From an uncultured Bifidobacterium sp. (GTDB lineage: Bacteria; Bacteroidota; Bacteroidia; UKL13-3): a stretch of 64,000 bases of DNA. Every line of letters starts with the position of its first letter. Position 1 is the first letter of the stretch. A program made the translations under genes and the position numbers. Below are positions 1-9,604 of this stretch, in pieces. The stretch spans positions 127,933 to 191,932 of the forward strand of contig CAZGVO010000010.1 in assembly GCA_964529175.1 (NCBI GenBank). The letters run 5' to 3'. Under the pieces are notes generated by a model. It saw only the letters and a program-made list of their open reading frames with translations, made no database searches and had not been told where the DNA came from.

Positions 1-1143
1 GGGTTGATTACCAATAAGTTAAACAACAGCAAAATATTTAATTTTGAGTATGGTACCATCGAAAAAGTAAGTCCTTCAGCTTATTTAAAAGCACATAAAA
101 ACTATTATGCAGTTTTACAAATTCCAGATTCGTTTGGTTTGAACAATACCAAAGGAATTAAGTTTTCAGCCATTGACCAACCCAGTATTTCACAAATAGA
201 TTATATTGAAAATGAAATAGAAAAATATGTAAAAAACGAGCAGTTAGCTAATTATAAAATTGACCAAAGTATTATTGATAAAATTAACGATACCAAAGTA
301 AAACTAAGCACTGTAAAATTAAATTTAGATAGTGAGTCAGAAGAAAAAAGCAACTCGGCTGCCGCTACTGCATTGGGAATGGGAGGTGCTTTACTCATTT
401 ATTTGTTCATATTTTTATATGGCGTAATGGTAATGAAAGGCATTATTGAAGAAAAAACCAATCGTATTGTCGAAATTATTATTTCATCGGTTAGGCCGTT
501 TCAGTTAATGATGGGTAAAATACTTGGAATTGCAAGTGTTGGATTACTTCAATTTATTATTTGGGTAGCTTTAATTTTATTAGCCATGCCATTGGTTAGT
601 AATTTATTAATGGGCGATAAAGTGCAGGAAATGGCCAATGTAGCCAGTCAAATGCCTAATAGTATGCCTGCTAAAGCCATTAGTGGGAATGCATTTATTG
701 ATGGATTGATGGCGTTTAATTATCCTTATTTAATTGGTGTATTTGTATTTTATTTTATCACAGGTTATTTATTTTATGGTGCTTTGTTTGCGGCTATTGG
801 TAGCGCTGTAGATAATGAAACCGATACACAACAATTTATGTTACCAGTAACCATGCCTTTGGTATTTGCCATAGCTTTAGCGCAAGGTTTGGTGTTAAAC
901 GCCCCAAATGGAGCAGCAGCATTTTGGATGTCAATAATTCCTTTTACATCGCCTGTAGTAATGATGATTAGGTTACCATTTGGTGTGCCTACTTGGGAGT
1001 TAGTACTTTCTATGGCTTTAATGGTTTGTGGTTTTATGTTTACAGTTTGGTTAGCATCAAGAATTTACCGCATAGGAATTTTAACTTTTGGCAAAAAACC
1101 TACTTACAAAGAAATTTGGAAGTGGATAAAAATGAGTAATTAA
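1..1143 (+). CDS. ABC-2 family transporter permease (NatB-like), 5' end cut by window edge
   Basis: The ORF is open from the window start. It has a long soluble N-terminal loop followed by about 6 hydrophobic helices (GMGGALLIYLFIFLYGVMVM..., IPFTSPVVMMIRL), typical of ABC-2 permeases. Confidence 0.7.
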   Translation, partial: GLITNKLNNSKIFNFEYGTIEKVSPSAYLKAHKNYYAVLQIPDSFGLNNTKGIKFSAIDQPSISQIDYIENEIEKYVKNEQLANYKIDQSIIDKINDTKVKLSTVKLNLDSESEEKSNSAAATALGMGGALLIYLFIFLYGVMVMKGIIEEKTNRIVEIIISSVRPFQLMMGKILGIASVGLLQFIIWVALILLAMPLVSNLLMGDKVQEMANVASQMPNSMPAKAISGNAFIDGLMAFNYPYLIGVFVFYFITGYLFYGALFAAIGSAVDNETDTQQFMLPVTMPLVFAIALAQGLVLNAPNGAAAFWMSIIPFTSPVVMMIRLPFGVPTWELVLSMALMVCGFMFTVWLASRIYRIGILTFGKKPTYKEIWKWIKMSN

Positions 1144-1146
1144 TAC

Positions 1147-2364
1147 ATGACAATAACACACCCTCTTAAAATTAGCAATTACCGTAACTTTATTTTCACT
1201 CGATTTTTTTTAACACTTGCTTATCAAATTGTTGCAGTTGTAATTGGGTGGCATATTTATAAATTAACTAACGATGTTTTGGCTTTGGGCTTAATTGGTT
1301 TAGCCGAAGCTGTACCTGCCATAAGTATTGCACTTTTTGCTGGTCATGTAGCTGATAAACATAATCGTAAAAAAATTATGCAATTCAGCATGTTGGCTAT
1401 GTTGCTTGGTGCTATTGGTTTATTAATTGTTACTAATGTTTCCTTTCCCGTACCACTTCAAGTAAATGCCATTTATATGCTTATTATGTTGATTGGTTTA
1501 GGAAGAGGGTTTTATGCGCCAGCAGGGCAAGCCATTTTAAATCAATTAGTTAGTAAAGAGCAATTGGTAAAAGGCAGTACCATTTACAGTACCACTTGGC
1601 AAATTGCTTCTATTGCAGGGCCTGCAAGTGCAGGATTTTTATACAATTTTTTAGGAATTACTTATAGTTTCGTTGTTATTGTTATTCTATTTTCGGTTGC
1701 ATTTACCTTTTTAAGTTTAATAAAAGTTACCAAACATCAAGTAGAAATGAAACAACAATCTATTTGGTTAAATTTAGCTGAAGGAATAAAATATGTATTT
1801 AACAATAAAATTATTTTAGGAGCACTTTCCCTAGATTTATTTTCTGTATTGTTTGGTGGAGCTGTGGCTTTATTACCTGCCTTTGCCGATGAAATTTTAA
1901 ATGTTGGTGCTACAGGTTTAGGTTATTTACGAGCAGCTCCTTCGCTTGGAGCTAGTTTAACCATGATAGCTTTTTCATTTTATGGCAGTTTTAAACGCCC
2001 CGGTCAAACATTAATTATAGTGGTAGCTGCATTTGGTGCATGTATGATTGGTTTTGGTTTAAGTACCAATTTTTATTTAAGTTTAGTATTGCTTTTTTTA
2101 AGTGGTGCTTTCGATAGTATAAGTGTAATTATTAGAGGTGCTATTATGCAAATTTTTGTGCCAGATAATATGCGTGGCCGAGTATCATCAATCAACACTA
2201 TTTTTATTGGTAGTTCTAACGAAATTGGTGCTTTTGAAAGTGGAGTAGCAGCTCGGTTATTAGGCATAGCACCTTCGGTAGTATTTGGAGGAACAGCAAC
2301 TTTGGTGGTAGTTTTAATTGCTCAATGGAAAGCAAAAACACTTAAAACTATGAAATTTAATTAG
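1147..2364 (+). CDS. MFS transporter
   Basis: 405 aa with about 12 predicted TM helices and an MFS-like loop (GHVADKHNRKKIM). ATG lies 3 nt after the upstream stop. Confidence 0.8.
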   Translation: MTITHPLKISNYRNFIFTRFFLTLAYQIVAVVIGWHIYKLTNDVLALGLIGLAEAVPAISIALFAGHVADKHNRKKIMQFSMLAMLLGAIGLLIVTNVSFPVPLQVNAIYMLIMLIGLGRGFYAPAGQAILNQLVSKEQLVKGSTIYSTTWQIASIAGPASAGFLYNFLGITYSFVVIVILFSVAFTFLSLIKVTKHQVEMKQQSIWLNLAEGIKYVFNNKIILGALSLDLFSVLFGGAVALLPAFADEILNVGATGLGYLRAAPSLGASLTMIAFSFYGSFKRPGQTLIIVVAAFGACMIGFGLSTNFYLSLVLLFLSGAFDSISVIIRGAIMQIFVPDNMRGRVSSINTIFIGSSNEIGAFESGVAARLLGIAPSVVFGGTATLVVVLIAQWKAKTLKTMKFN

Positions 2365-3103
2365 GTATTTTTTTTACTGTTTTCCATTCTCTAAAACAGT
2401 TCTTTATAGCTAAAATAATATCGTATTCGTTGGAGTTAAGTACAAAATAATTGGGTACTTCGCAATATTTCATAAGCTCTTTGGCTTGTAATTCATTAAG
2501 TTGAGTGGTACGCATTACTAACTCTACATTGTATTTTTCGCTTACTTGGTTTTGCTCTTGGTAAATTTCAATCAAACGCATTAAACGTTCGTATTCTTGA
2601 ATTTTTTTATTGCCCCCAGCTAAAATACTGCTTAACATGCCGCCTTGCGAAGCGTTATAAATAGAATAGGCGGTATTAAAATCATTCAATAAAGGATCTG
2701 TTTTGAGTCTTTTAGCAGCTGCTCTTGCTAAGCTATCTTGTCTGCGTTTTTGCCCCGATACGGTTACTTCTTTTAGTTTAATGTAATTACGTTTTAGTTT
2801 TACCACTATGGGTACATCGCCCTGATTGATGTAGTTTTTGCAAATCAATGTATAAGTTTTATATCCGATAACTGAAAATTCAATGGTATCAGTTGGCAAA
2901 ACATTTAATCCAAATGCTCCATATCTATTGGTAATATACCTTGTTTGTGATGAAATATTATGAATATTAGCCAAGGCAATAGTTGCTGTGGTATCGGTTC
3001 CAACTACAAAACCTTTTATATAAAATTTACCTTGCTGCGCACTTAAATTAAAGCATGCAGCAAGACAAATCATTGCAATTAGGTATTTTTTAAAATTTGG
3101 CAA
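2357..3103 (-). CDS. Secreted CarboxypepD_reg-like domain protein
   Basis: Signal peptide (MPNFKKYLIAMICLAACFNLSAQ) followed by the KGFVVG...GAFGLNV...IEFSVIGYKT pattern of carboxypeptidase-regulatory-like beta sandwiches. Confidence 0.6.
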   Translation of the reverse strand: MPNFKKYLIAMICLAACFNLSAQQGKFYIKGFVVGTDTTATIALANIHNISSQTRYITNRYGAFGLNVLPTDTIEFSVIGYKTYTLICKNYINQGDVPIVVKLKRNYIKLKEVTVSGQKRRQDSLARAAAKRLKTDPLLNDFNTAYSIYNASQGGMLSSILAGGNKKIQEYERLMRLIEIYQEQNQVSEKYNVELVMRTTQLNELQAKELMKYCEVPNYFVLNSNEYDIILAIKNCFREWKTVKKIPN

Positions 3104-3149
3104 AAACTGAATTATTTAATTTGAATAACTGTAACGTATGATATTGAAA

Positions 3150-3449
3150 TTAGTTACCAAATAAATTTCCTAAGCCAGGCATCATGCCGCCCATCATAGC
3201 TCTCATTTCAGCCGATGCTATATTTTCTGCTTGTTCCAAAGCTCTTTCAATTGCTATAACCAATAAATCTTCCACTTGCTCTTTGTTTTCTGGCTGTAAT
3301 AAATTCGCATCAATGTTTACTGAAGTTATTTTTTTATTGGCATTAGCCGTTACTTTAACTCCTTGCGCACTACCTTCCACTGTAATGGCTTCTAACTTTT
3401 GCTTCATTTCTTCAGCTTTTTGTTTTGCTTCGTTTAGTTTTCCAAACAT
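3150..3449 (-). CDS. ybaB: YbaB/EbfC family nucleoid-associated protein
   Basis: MFGKLNEAKQKAEEMKQKLEAI...V.VTANANKKITSVNID matches the YbaB family. I prefer the ATG at 3449 over the upstream TTG at 3476. Confidence 0.85.
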   Translation of the reverse strand: MFGKLNEAKQKAEEMKQKLEAITVEGSAQGVKVTANANKKITSVNIDANLLQPENKEQVEDLLVIAIERALEQAENIASAEMRAMMGGMMPGLGNLFGN

Positions 3450-3546
3450 ATTTTTTAGGTTAATGTTATTGGGCAAATATAGTTAATAGTGCCACTTAAG
3501 GTTAGTAATATTTCTATAATATTTAATAAAATGAGTAGCTTGATAC

Positions 3547-5859
3547 TTAATTTTCTTTTATTACTTGTTCGTGTTTTTTTAGTTTAATTACCACATATTT
3601 ACTTGTGGGCGTGTTACTTTTATCGGCCACCGAATTAATAGGAACCAATACATTTGTTTCAGGAAAATAAGTAGCAGTGCATTGTTCTGGAATATTGTAT
3701 TTTATAATCATAAAGTTATGTGCTACGCGTTCTACATTATCATGGTAATTATAAATATCTACCGAATCTCCATGTTCAAATCCTAACTTTTTGATGTCGT
3801 TTTCATTCATTAAAATTACCCTGCGTTCGTTGTAAATTCCTCTGTAACGGTCGTCTAAACCATAAATAGTGGTATTAAATTGATCATGAGTTCTAATGGT
3901 CATCATCATCAATTCATCATTCGCTAATTCGTTAAATGTTAGTTTTCCAACATTAAAGTTAGCTTTTTGAGTAGTGGTATTAAATTTTCCTTCTCTTGAA
4001 CCATTTGGTAAGTAAAATCCTCCTGACTCTCTAACACGTTTATTGTAATCAGTAAAGCCGTTAATAGTGCGTTCTATATCGTTTCTAATATTATCGTAAT
4101 TAGTTTCGTATTTGCTCCAATCTATTTTAGATTTGGTACCTAAAGTAGCCTTTGCCATTTGGCAAACCATTACACTTTCGCTTAATAAATGTTGACTTAC
4201 TGGTTTTAAATTTCCTTTACTCATTTGTACCACACCCATTGAATTTTCGCAACTAATAAACTGCTCTTCTCCATTGGCATTTATGTCTTTATCGCTTCTT
4301 CCATAAGTTGGCAAAATAAGTGCTTCTTCGCCTGTAATTAAATGGCTTCTATTCAATTTGGTGCTTATATGAACTGTCAATTTACAGTTTTGTAAAGCTT
4401 GTGCTGTATATTTTGTATCTGGTGTTGCCGATAAAAAATTACCACCCATAGCAATAAAAACTTTACCTTTTTCTTCGTGCATTTTTTTAATAGCATCTAC
4501 CACATCAAGTCCATGTTCATATGGTGCATTGATATTAAATACACTATTTAGTTTATCAATAAATGCTTTAGATGGTTTTTCGTAAATGCCCATGGTTCTA
4601 TCGCCTTGCACATTGCTATGTCCGCGTACTGGGCAAGTTCCTGCTCCAGGCTTACCAATACTGCCTTTTAGTAACAATAAATTTACAACTTCTTTTATGG
4701 TATCAACTGCATTTTTATGTTGCGTTAAACCCATTGCCCAACAAGCAATTATTTTCTTTTTGTGTTTAATGGCTTCAAAAGTTTCATGGATTTGGGTTAA
4801 TGAAATACCACAAGCTTTACTTAAATCAAGTAAAGAATAATTATCCATATCGGCTTTTAACTGTTCAAAGCCAAAGGTATTGTTATCAATAAAATCTTGA
4901 TCAAATACAGTTCCTGGATTTTTGGCTTCTTCTTCAAAAAGTAATTTTTCAAGGGCTTTTACCAGGGCTAAATCACTATTAATTTTAACTTGTAAAAATA
5001 TATCAGTTAGTTGCGATTTTATTCCTAAAACCCCGTTTACTTTTTGAGGGTTATTAAAGCCAACCAAGCCTGTTTCTTTTAAAGGATTTACCGAAATAAT
5101 GGTACAACCATTTTGTTTTGCTTTTTGTAAAGCGCTGAGCATCCTAGGATGGTTTGTACCCGGATTTTGCCCTAAAATAATTATGACTTCTGCTTCATAA
5201 AAATCTTCTAAAGTAACTGAACCTTTTCCAATACCTACACTTTCAGAAAGCGCTACACCACTGCTTTCATGGCACATATTACTGCAATCAGGAAGGTTAT
5301 TAGTTCCAAATTCTCTTACAAAAAGTTGGTATAAAAATGCAGCTTCATTACTTGTCCTTCCGGAAGTATAAAAAATAGCATCGTTAGGCGAAGGCAAATC
5401 ATTTAAGTTTTTCGCAATCAATTTAAACGCATTTTCCCAACTTATTGGCTCATAGTGAGTAGCTCCTTTTGGTAAATACATTGGTTCAGCCACACGGCCT
5501 TTTTTACCAATTCTAAAATCATCTAATTGCGAAAGTTCTGCAACCGAATTTTTAGCAAAAAAATCGGCCCATAAAGCTTTGGTTGTTGCCTCTTCAGCAA
5601 TGGCTTTTGCTCCATTTTCACAATATTCAGCTATAGGCGAACGTTCGTCATCAGGGTCAGGCCAAGCACAGCCAGGGCAATCAAAACCATCTTTTTGATT
5701 CAATTTAGCCAAAGCTTTAAAACCACGAATGGGACCCATTTCGCTAAACACATGTTTAACCGAAGAAATTACAGCAGGAATACCAGCAGCAGTTTCTTTT
5801 GGCTCAGTAAGTTTTATTTCTAAAAACTCTTCTGGATTCTCAGGATTGGGTTTTTGCAT
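3547..5859 (-). CDS. FdhF/YdeP family molybdopterin oxidoreductase
   Basis: 770 aa. N-terminal CPGCAWPDP Cys motif, molybdopterin-oxidoreductase core, no in-frame stop. Confidence 0.85.
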   Translation of the reverse strand: MQKPNPENPEEFLEIKLTEPKETAAGIPAVISSVKHVFSEMGPIRGFKALAKLNQKDGFDCPGCAWPDPDDERSPIAEYCENGAKAIAEEATTKALWADFFAKNSVAELSQLDDFRIGKKGRVAEPMYLPKGATHYEPISWENAFKLIAKNLNDLPSPNDAIFYTSGRTSNEAAFLYQLFVREFGTNNLPDCSNMCHESSGVALSESVGIGKGSVTLEDFYEAEVIIILGQNPGTNHPRMLSALQKAKQNGCTIISVNPLKETGLVGFNNPQKVNGVLGIKSQLTDIFLQVKINSDLALVKALEKLLFEEEAKNPGTVFDQDFIDNNTFGFEQLKADMDNYSLLDLSKACGISLTQIHETFEAIKHKKKIIACWAMGLTQHKNAVDTIKEVVNLLLLKGSIGKPGAGTCPVRGHSNVQGDRTMGIYEKPSKAFIDKLNSVFNINAPYEHGLDVVDAIKKMHEEKGKVFIAMGGNFLSATPDTKYTAQALQNCKLTVHISTKLNRSHLITGEEALILPTYGRSDKDINANGEEQFISCENSMGVVQMSKGNLKPVSQHLLSESVMVCQMAKATLGTKSKIDWSKYETNYDNIRNDIERTINGFTDYNKRVRESGGFYLPNGSREGKFNTTTQKANFNVGKLTFNELANDELMMMTIRTHDQFNTTIYGLDDRYRGIYNERRVILMNENDIKKLGFEHGDSVDIYNYHDNVERVAHNFMIIKYNIPEQCTATYFPETNVLVPINSVADKSNTPTSKYVVIKLKKHEQVIKEN

Positions 5860-5963
5860 TTTTGATTTGGAGTTTTGTTGAATTATAGATTTAGAGATTG
5901 TTGTATTGATGAATTGTTAGATTGTTGAATTGATATATTGTTAGATTGTTAGATTGCTTATTT
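5860..5963. repeat. About 13 tandem degenerate 8-bp units (plus-strand consensus GTTAGATT, gene-strand CAATCTAA) abutting the start codon of the YdeP-like gene
   Basis: Parsing from 5860 in 8-mers gives ttttgatt tggagttt tgttgaat tatagatt tagagatt gttgtatt gatgaatt gttagatt gttgaatt gatatatt gttagatt gttagatt gcttattt. Confidence 0.8.
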
Positions 5964-5970
5964 TACAAAT

Positions 5971-6012
5971 CTAATCTCCCAACTCTCACATCCCATTTCT
6001 CAACTCCCATTT
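5971..6012. repeat. 3 x 14-bp tandem repeat (ctaatctcccaact / ctcacatcccattt / ctcaactcccattt)
   Basis: Direct reading. G-rich on the minus (gene) strand (AAATGGGAGTTGAG consensus). It starts 3 nt after the stop of the 6016-6384 gene. Confidence 0.8.
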
Positions 6013-6015
6013 TTA

Positions 6016-6384
6016 TTAACACACAGCATTAGGATTTGGAAACATATCGCTTTGGTCTTCAAAAGTATTATCTAAGCAAACAAAATCTTTTTCTACCAAA
6101 AGGAATAACTTTTTTTCATTACCAATATCGAACTTGTTTTCGAAACCAACTAAGTCAGTTGTAGTCCAATTTTGGGCAATATTTTCAGGCACTAACAATG
6201 TGATTTTATTACCAACCATTTGTGCTGAAAGTTCTGTAACTTGTTGCGAAGCAGCTAAAGCATAAAAAAGTTTGTTATCCATAAATTCGGTAGCCTCTTC
6301 AATATATCCACTATCAGCAAAGTTTTTCACTTCGGTTTGTGTTAAACGAATGCGAATAGAATTGCCTTTTATACGTATTTTCAT
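6016..6384 (-). CDS. Conserved hypothetical small acidic protein
   Basis: 122-aa ORF with clean intergenic spacing. It looks like a Bacteroidota DUF-type protein, but I cannot verify the family. Confidence 0.5.
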   Translation of the reverse strand: MKIRIKGNSIRIRLTQTEVKNFADSGYIEEATEFMDNKLFYALAASQQVTELSAQMVGNKITLLVPENIAQNWTTTDLVGFENKFDIGNEKKLFLLVEKDFVCLDNTFEDQSDMFPNPNAVC

Positions 6385-6591
6385 GTGTTGATTTTATTTG
6401 ATGTTTCGAAATAAAGCAAAAAAACACAAATATTTACTATTTAAATACTGAAGCATTTTTTATTAAATTTATGTAATATTAAGATAGTCAAATTATTATG
6501 TATTGATTTTATTACCTTGGTTTTTCAATAAATAAATTAAATTCGCCCTTCTAAAAAAGAATGTACAACCTATTTTTATTTATTTTTTAAA

Positions 6592-8616
6592 ATGACTGAA
6601 TTAAACGAAGTGAATCCTTCTGAAGCTGCATTAAATGCAGAAGCTACTGAGTTAACTAATGTAGAAAATACTACCACCGAAAGTGTAGTAAGTGAAAGTA
6701 CTGTTGCTGAGCCTACAGCAAGTGTTGAGCCAACTATTGTTGATGAAAATAACACAGAAAAAAAGCCTGAATCCATTGCTAGTTTAGTAACCGATTCAAT
6801 TGAAATAGCTTTAGATGAGCATGAAATAGATGCTGATTTAGCTGCAATTGAACACCATGAAATGGCTGAGCAATTAGATTATGCAAACAAAACTAAAGAT
6901 GAGTTACTTACTATAGCTTTACAAGCTATGAGCGACAAGCCTCATAGTGAAGCTTTGCAAATTTTTAAAGATATAAAACCACACTTTGATGCTGCTTTAA
7001 ATGAAGAACAAAATGTAGCCATGCAAAAGTTTATTGAAGAAGGTGGTGAAAAAGACGATTTTGAATACAAAGCTGGTGTAACTGCCCGCGATACATTTAA
7101 TAAAGCCATTAAAGATTTACGCGATAAAATATCAGCTGCTAAAGCTATAGCAGAGGCTGAACGCGTTAAAAATTTACGTGCAAAGGAAAATATTTTAGAC
7201 CAAATTAAGGCCTTAAATAGCAGTGAAGAGACCAAAGAAAGTTTGAACAAATTAAAAGAGTTACAAACTGAATGGAAAAAAATTAAGAATGTTCCAAAAG
7301 AACACGTAGAACGCCTTTGGGAAAGCTACAGAGTGCTTAACGAAATTTTTTATGATAAGTTAAGCATTGATAACGAAATAGCTCAATTAGACAGAGAACG
7401 TAACTTAGACGCTAAAATAGATTTATGTAAAAAAGTAAGTGAATTAGCTGAAGAAAAAAGCATTAAATCAGCTCTAATTGCAGTAAAAAAATACCAAGAA
7501 GATTGGAGAAATATTGGACCAGTTCCTAAAGAAGCTAACGAAGAAATTTGGACTCGTTTTAAAGCTGAAGTGGATAAAGTTTATGCCAATATAAAAGCTG
7601 AAACCGAAAAAAATGAAGCTGTTCGTCAAGCTAATTTGGTATTGAAATTGGCCTTGATTGAAAAATCGAAAGAATTAGCTACTTATGCTACTACTCGTAT
7701 TAAAGATTGGATGGAAAAAACCAAAGAAGCCAATGAATTAATGGAAGAGTGGAAAAAAATTGGTTATGTGCCAATGGCGGAAAGAGAAAAAGTTTGGGAA
7801 GAGTTTAAAAACATTCGCAATACTTTCTTTAACAATAAAAACAATTGGTTCAAATCATTTAACGCGGTTAGAAACGAAAATTTAAAGAAAAAACAAGAGC
7901 TAGTTAAAGAAGCTGAAAATATTGCTGCTGCGCCAATTGATTGGGGTAAACAAACTGCTACCATTAAAAATTTACAAGAACAATGGAAACAAATTGGCCC
8001 AGTTCCTGATAAATTTAACGATGAAATTTGGAAGAAATTTAGAACTGCTTGCGATTTGTTTTTTGAAAAGAAAGCAGAACGTTTTGCAGAGCAAAATGCA
8101 GAGCAAGGAGCCAATTTAATTGCTAAAAAAGAATTGATTACTCAATTAGAAGCAATGGCTGCCAATGAGGCCGAAAATCCTAATGCTCTGAATGAACTAA
8201 AAACTATTCAAGATGCTTGGAGTAAAATTGGTTTTGTACCAAATAAAGATAAAGATGCCATTGGCAAAGCATACAACGATTTATTAGATAAAATTTATGG
8301 TCGTCACAGAGAGTTACGCAAAAATATGCGTCAAGCCGATGATAGAGCTCACTTTGAATCGTTAGCTAATAACAATGATGGTGGCCAGCGTTTACAGCGC
8401 GAAGAGCGTATTTTACAAGAACGTATTAAAGGTTTAAAAACCGATATTGATACGTGGGATAATAACCTAGGTTTCTTTAAAAATACAAATGCTAAAAACG
8501 AAATGGTTGTTCAAATTAATGATAAAATTGCAGCTGCAAAACGTATGATTAAGGAATTGGAAGATAAAATAAAAACCATTAGAACTTTAAAAAATCAAAC
8601 GCCAAAAGCTGACTAA
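6592..8616 (+). CDS. DUF349 domain-containing protein
   Basis: Five copies of the DUF349 repeat signature W(K/R)xIGxVPxxxxExxWxxF (e.g. LQTEWKKIKNVPKEHVERLWESY, YQEDWRNIGPVPKEANEEIWTRF) after an acidic N-terminus. Confidence 0.85.
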   Translation: MTELNEVNPSEAALNAEATELTNVENTTTESVVSESTVAEPTASVEPTIVDENNTEKKPESIASLVTDSIEIALDEHEIDADLAAIEHHEMAEQLDYANKTKDELLTIALQAMSDKPHSEALQIFKDIKPHFDAALNEEQNVAMQKFIEEGGEKDDFEYKAGVTARDTFNKAIKDLRDKISAAKAIAEAERVKNLRAKENILDQIKALNSSEETKESLNKLKELQTEWKKIKNVPKEHVERLWESYRVLNEIFYDKLSIDNEIAQLDRERNLDAKIDLCKKVSELAEEKSIKSALIAVKKYQEDWRNIGPVPKEANEEIWTRFKAEVDKVYANIKAETEKNEAVRQANLVLKLALIEKSKELATYATTRIKDWMEKTKEANELMEEWKKIGYVPMAEREKVWEEFKNIRNTFFNNKNNWFKSFNAVRNENLKKKQELVKEAENIAAAPIDWGKQTATIKNLQEQWKQIGPVPDKFNDEIWKKFRTACDLFFEKKAERFAEQNAEQGANLIAKKELITQLEAMAANEAENPNALNELKTIQDAWSKIGFVPNKDKDAIGKAYNDLLDKIYGRHRELRKNMRQADDRAHFESLANNNDGGQRLQREERILQERIKGLKTDIDTWDNNLGFFKNTNAKNEMVVQINDKIAAAKRMIKELEDKIKTIRTLKNQTPKAD

Positions 8617-8690
8617 TTATTACCAAAAGACACAATGACATACTGAATAAATAAGTATGGTTTTTGAGTTATTTTTATAAAATTAATACA

Positions 8691-9521
8691 ATGACAAAAA
8701 AAATAGTAAATGTTGGCGATATAGCATGCGGAAGCAATGAGTTATTCTTAATCTCAGGCCCTTGTGTTATTGAAGATGAGTCAATAATGATGAAAACTGC
8801 CGAAAAATTGAAAGAGGTTTCGGAAAAGTTAAAAATTAAGATGATTTACAAATCATCGTTTCAAAAAGATAACCGCAGTAGTTTAAAATATTACGATGGT
8901 CCAGGATTGGCCAAAGGTGTAGCTATTTTAGCTAAAGTTAAAGAGCAATTTGGTTTTCCATTATTAACCGATATTCATTATCCTGATCAAGCAGCTGCGG
9001 CTGGCGAGGTATGCGATGTGTTACAAATTCCTGCTTATTTATGTATGCAATCTACTTTAATGGTGGCTGCTGCTAAAACGGGTCGTGTAATCAATATCAA
9101 ACATGGTCAGTTTTTGGCTCCAGAAAACATGAAACATCCAGTTCAAAAGTGCATTGATGCAGGAAATGACCAAGTAATTTTAACTGAACGTGGTTACACA
9201 TTTGGTTATAACGATATGGTAGTTGATCCAAGAAGTTTCTTTTTAATGGGACAAATTGGTTATCCTGTGGTATTTGATATTACCCATTCTATTCGTAAAT
9301 ATGGTATTCCAAGCGCTGATGCAAAAGGTGGAGCGCGTGAGTTTTTACCTGTTTTAAGTAGAGCTGGAGTAGCTGCTGGAGTTGATGGTGTATTTATTGA
9401 AACACATCCTGAACCGGAAAAAGCTTTATGCGATGCAGCTTCTCAATTAAGTGTTTATCAATTAGAAGAGTTTTTAAAACCGTTAATTGAAATCCACAAT
9501 TTAGAAGTTAGCTACAGATAA
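8691..9521 (+). CDS. kdsA: 3-deoxy-8-phosphooctulonate synthase
   Basis: KSSFQKDNRSS, LTDIHYPDQA, VLQIPAYLCMQSTL and INIKHGQF motifs are typical of KdsA. ATG at 8691 (MTKKIVNV) preferred over the TTG at 8664. Confidence 0.9.
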   Translation: MTKKIVNVGDIACGSNELFLISGPCVIEDESIMMKTAEKLKEVSEKLKIKMIYKSSFQKDNRSSLKYYDGPGLAKGVAILAKVKEQFGFPLLTDIHYPDQAAAAGEVCDVLQIPAYLCMQSTLMVAAAKTGRVINIKHGQFLAPENMKHPVQKCIDAGNDQVILTERGYTFGYNDMVVDPRSFFLMGQIGYPVVFDITHSIRKYGIPSADAKGGAREFLPVLSRAGVAAGVDGVFIETHPEPEKALCDAASQLSVYQLEEFLKPLIEIHNLEVSYR

Positions 9522-9563
9522 ATCTGATTGAAACAAGAATTTTTATAAACAAGAATTAAATAG

Positions 9564-9592
9564 AAAGACGCGATTTATCGCGTCTTTTTTTT
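9564..9592 (+). terminator. Rho-independent terminator after kdsA
   Basis: 10-bp stem aaagacgcga/tcgcgtcttt, short loop, T-run. Confidence 0.8.
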
Positions 9593-9604
9593 ACCAATAA
9601 AAAT

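Noticed and set aside
3184-3486. 100-aa plus-strand ORF.
   Set aside because: It is entirely antisense to the well-supported ybaB gene, has low-complexity Ser/Phe/Ala composition, and matches no family.
3547-5859. Possible selenocysteine or frameshift in the FdhF-like gene.
   Set aside because: The frame is uninterrupted with no in-frame TGA. YdeP-type enzymes use Cys.
5860-6012. Tandem repeats considered as a possible CRISPR-like or minisatellite-coded peptide.
   Set aside because: The units are 8 and 14 bp with no spacers, there are no cas genes, and there is no open frame through the arrays.
6942-8114. Minus-strand ORFs 6942-7250 and 7764-8114, and plus-strand alternative-frame ORF 7922-8119.
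   Set aside because: They lie inside the DUF349 gene. Antisense and shifted frames of a Lys/Glu-rich repeat gene stay open by chance.
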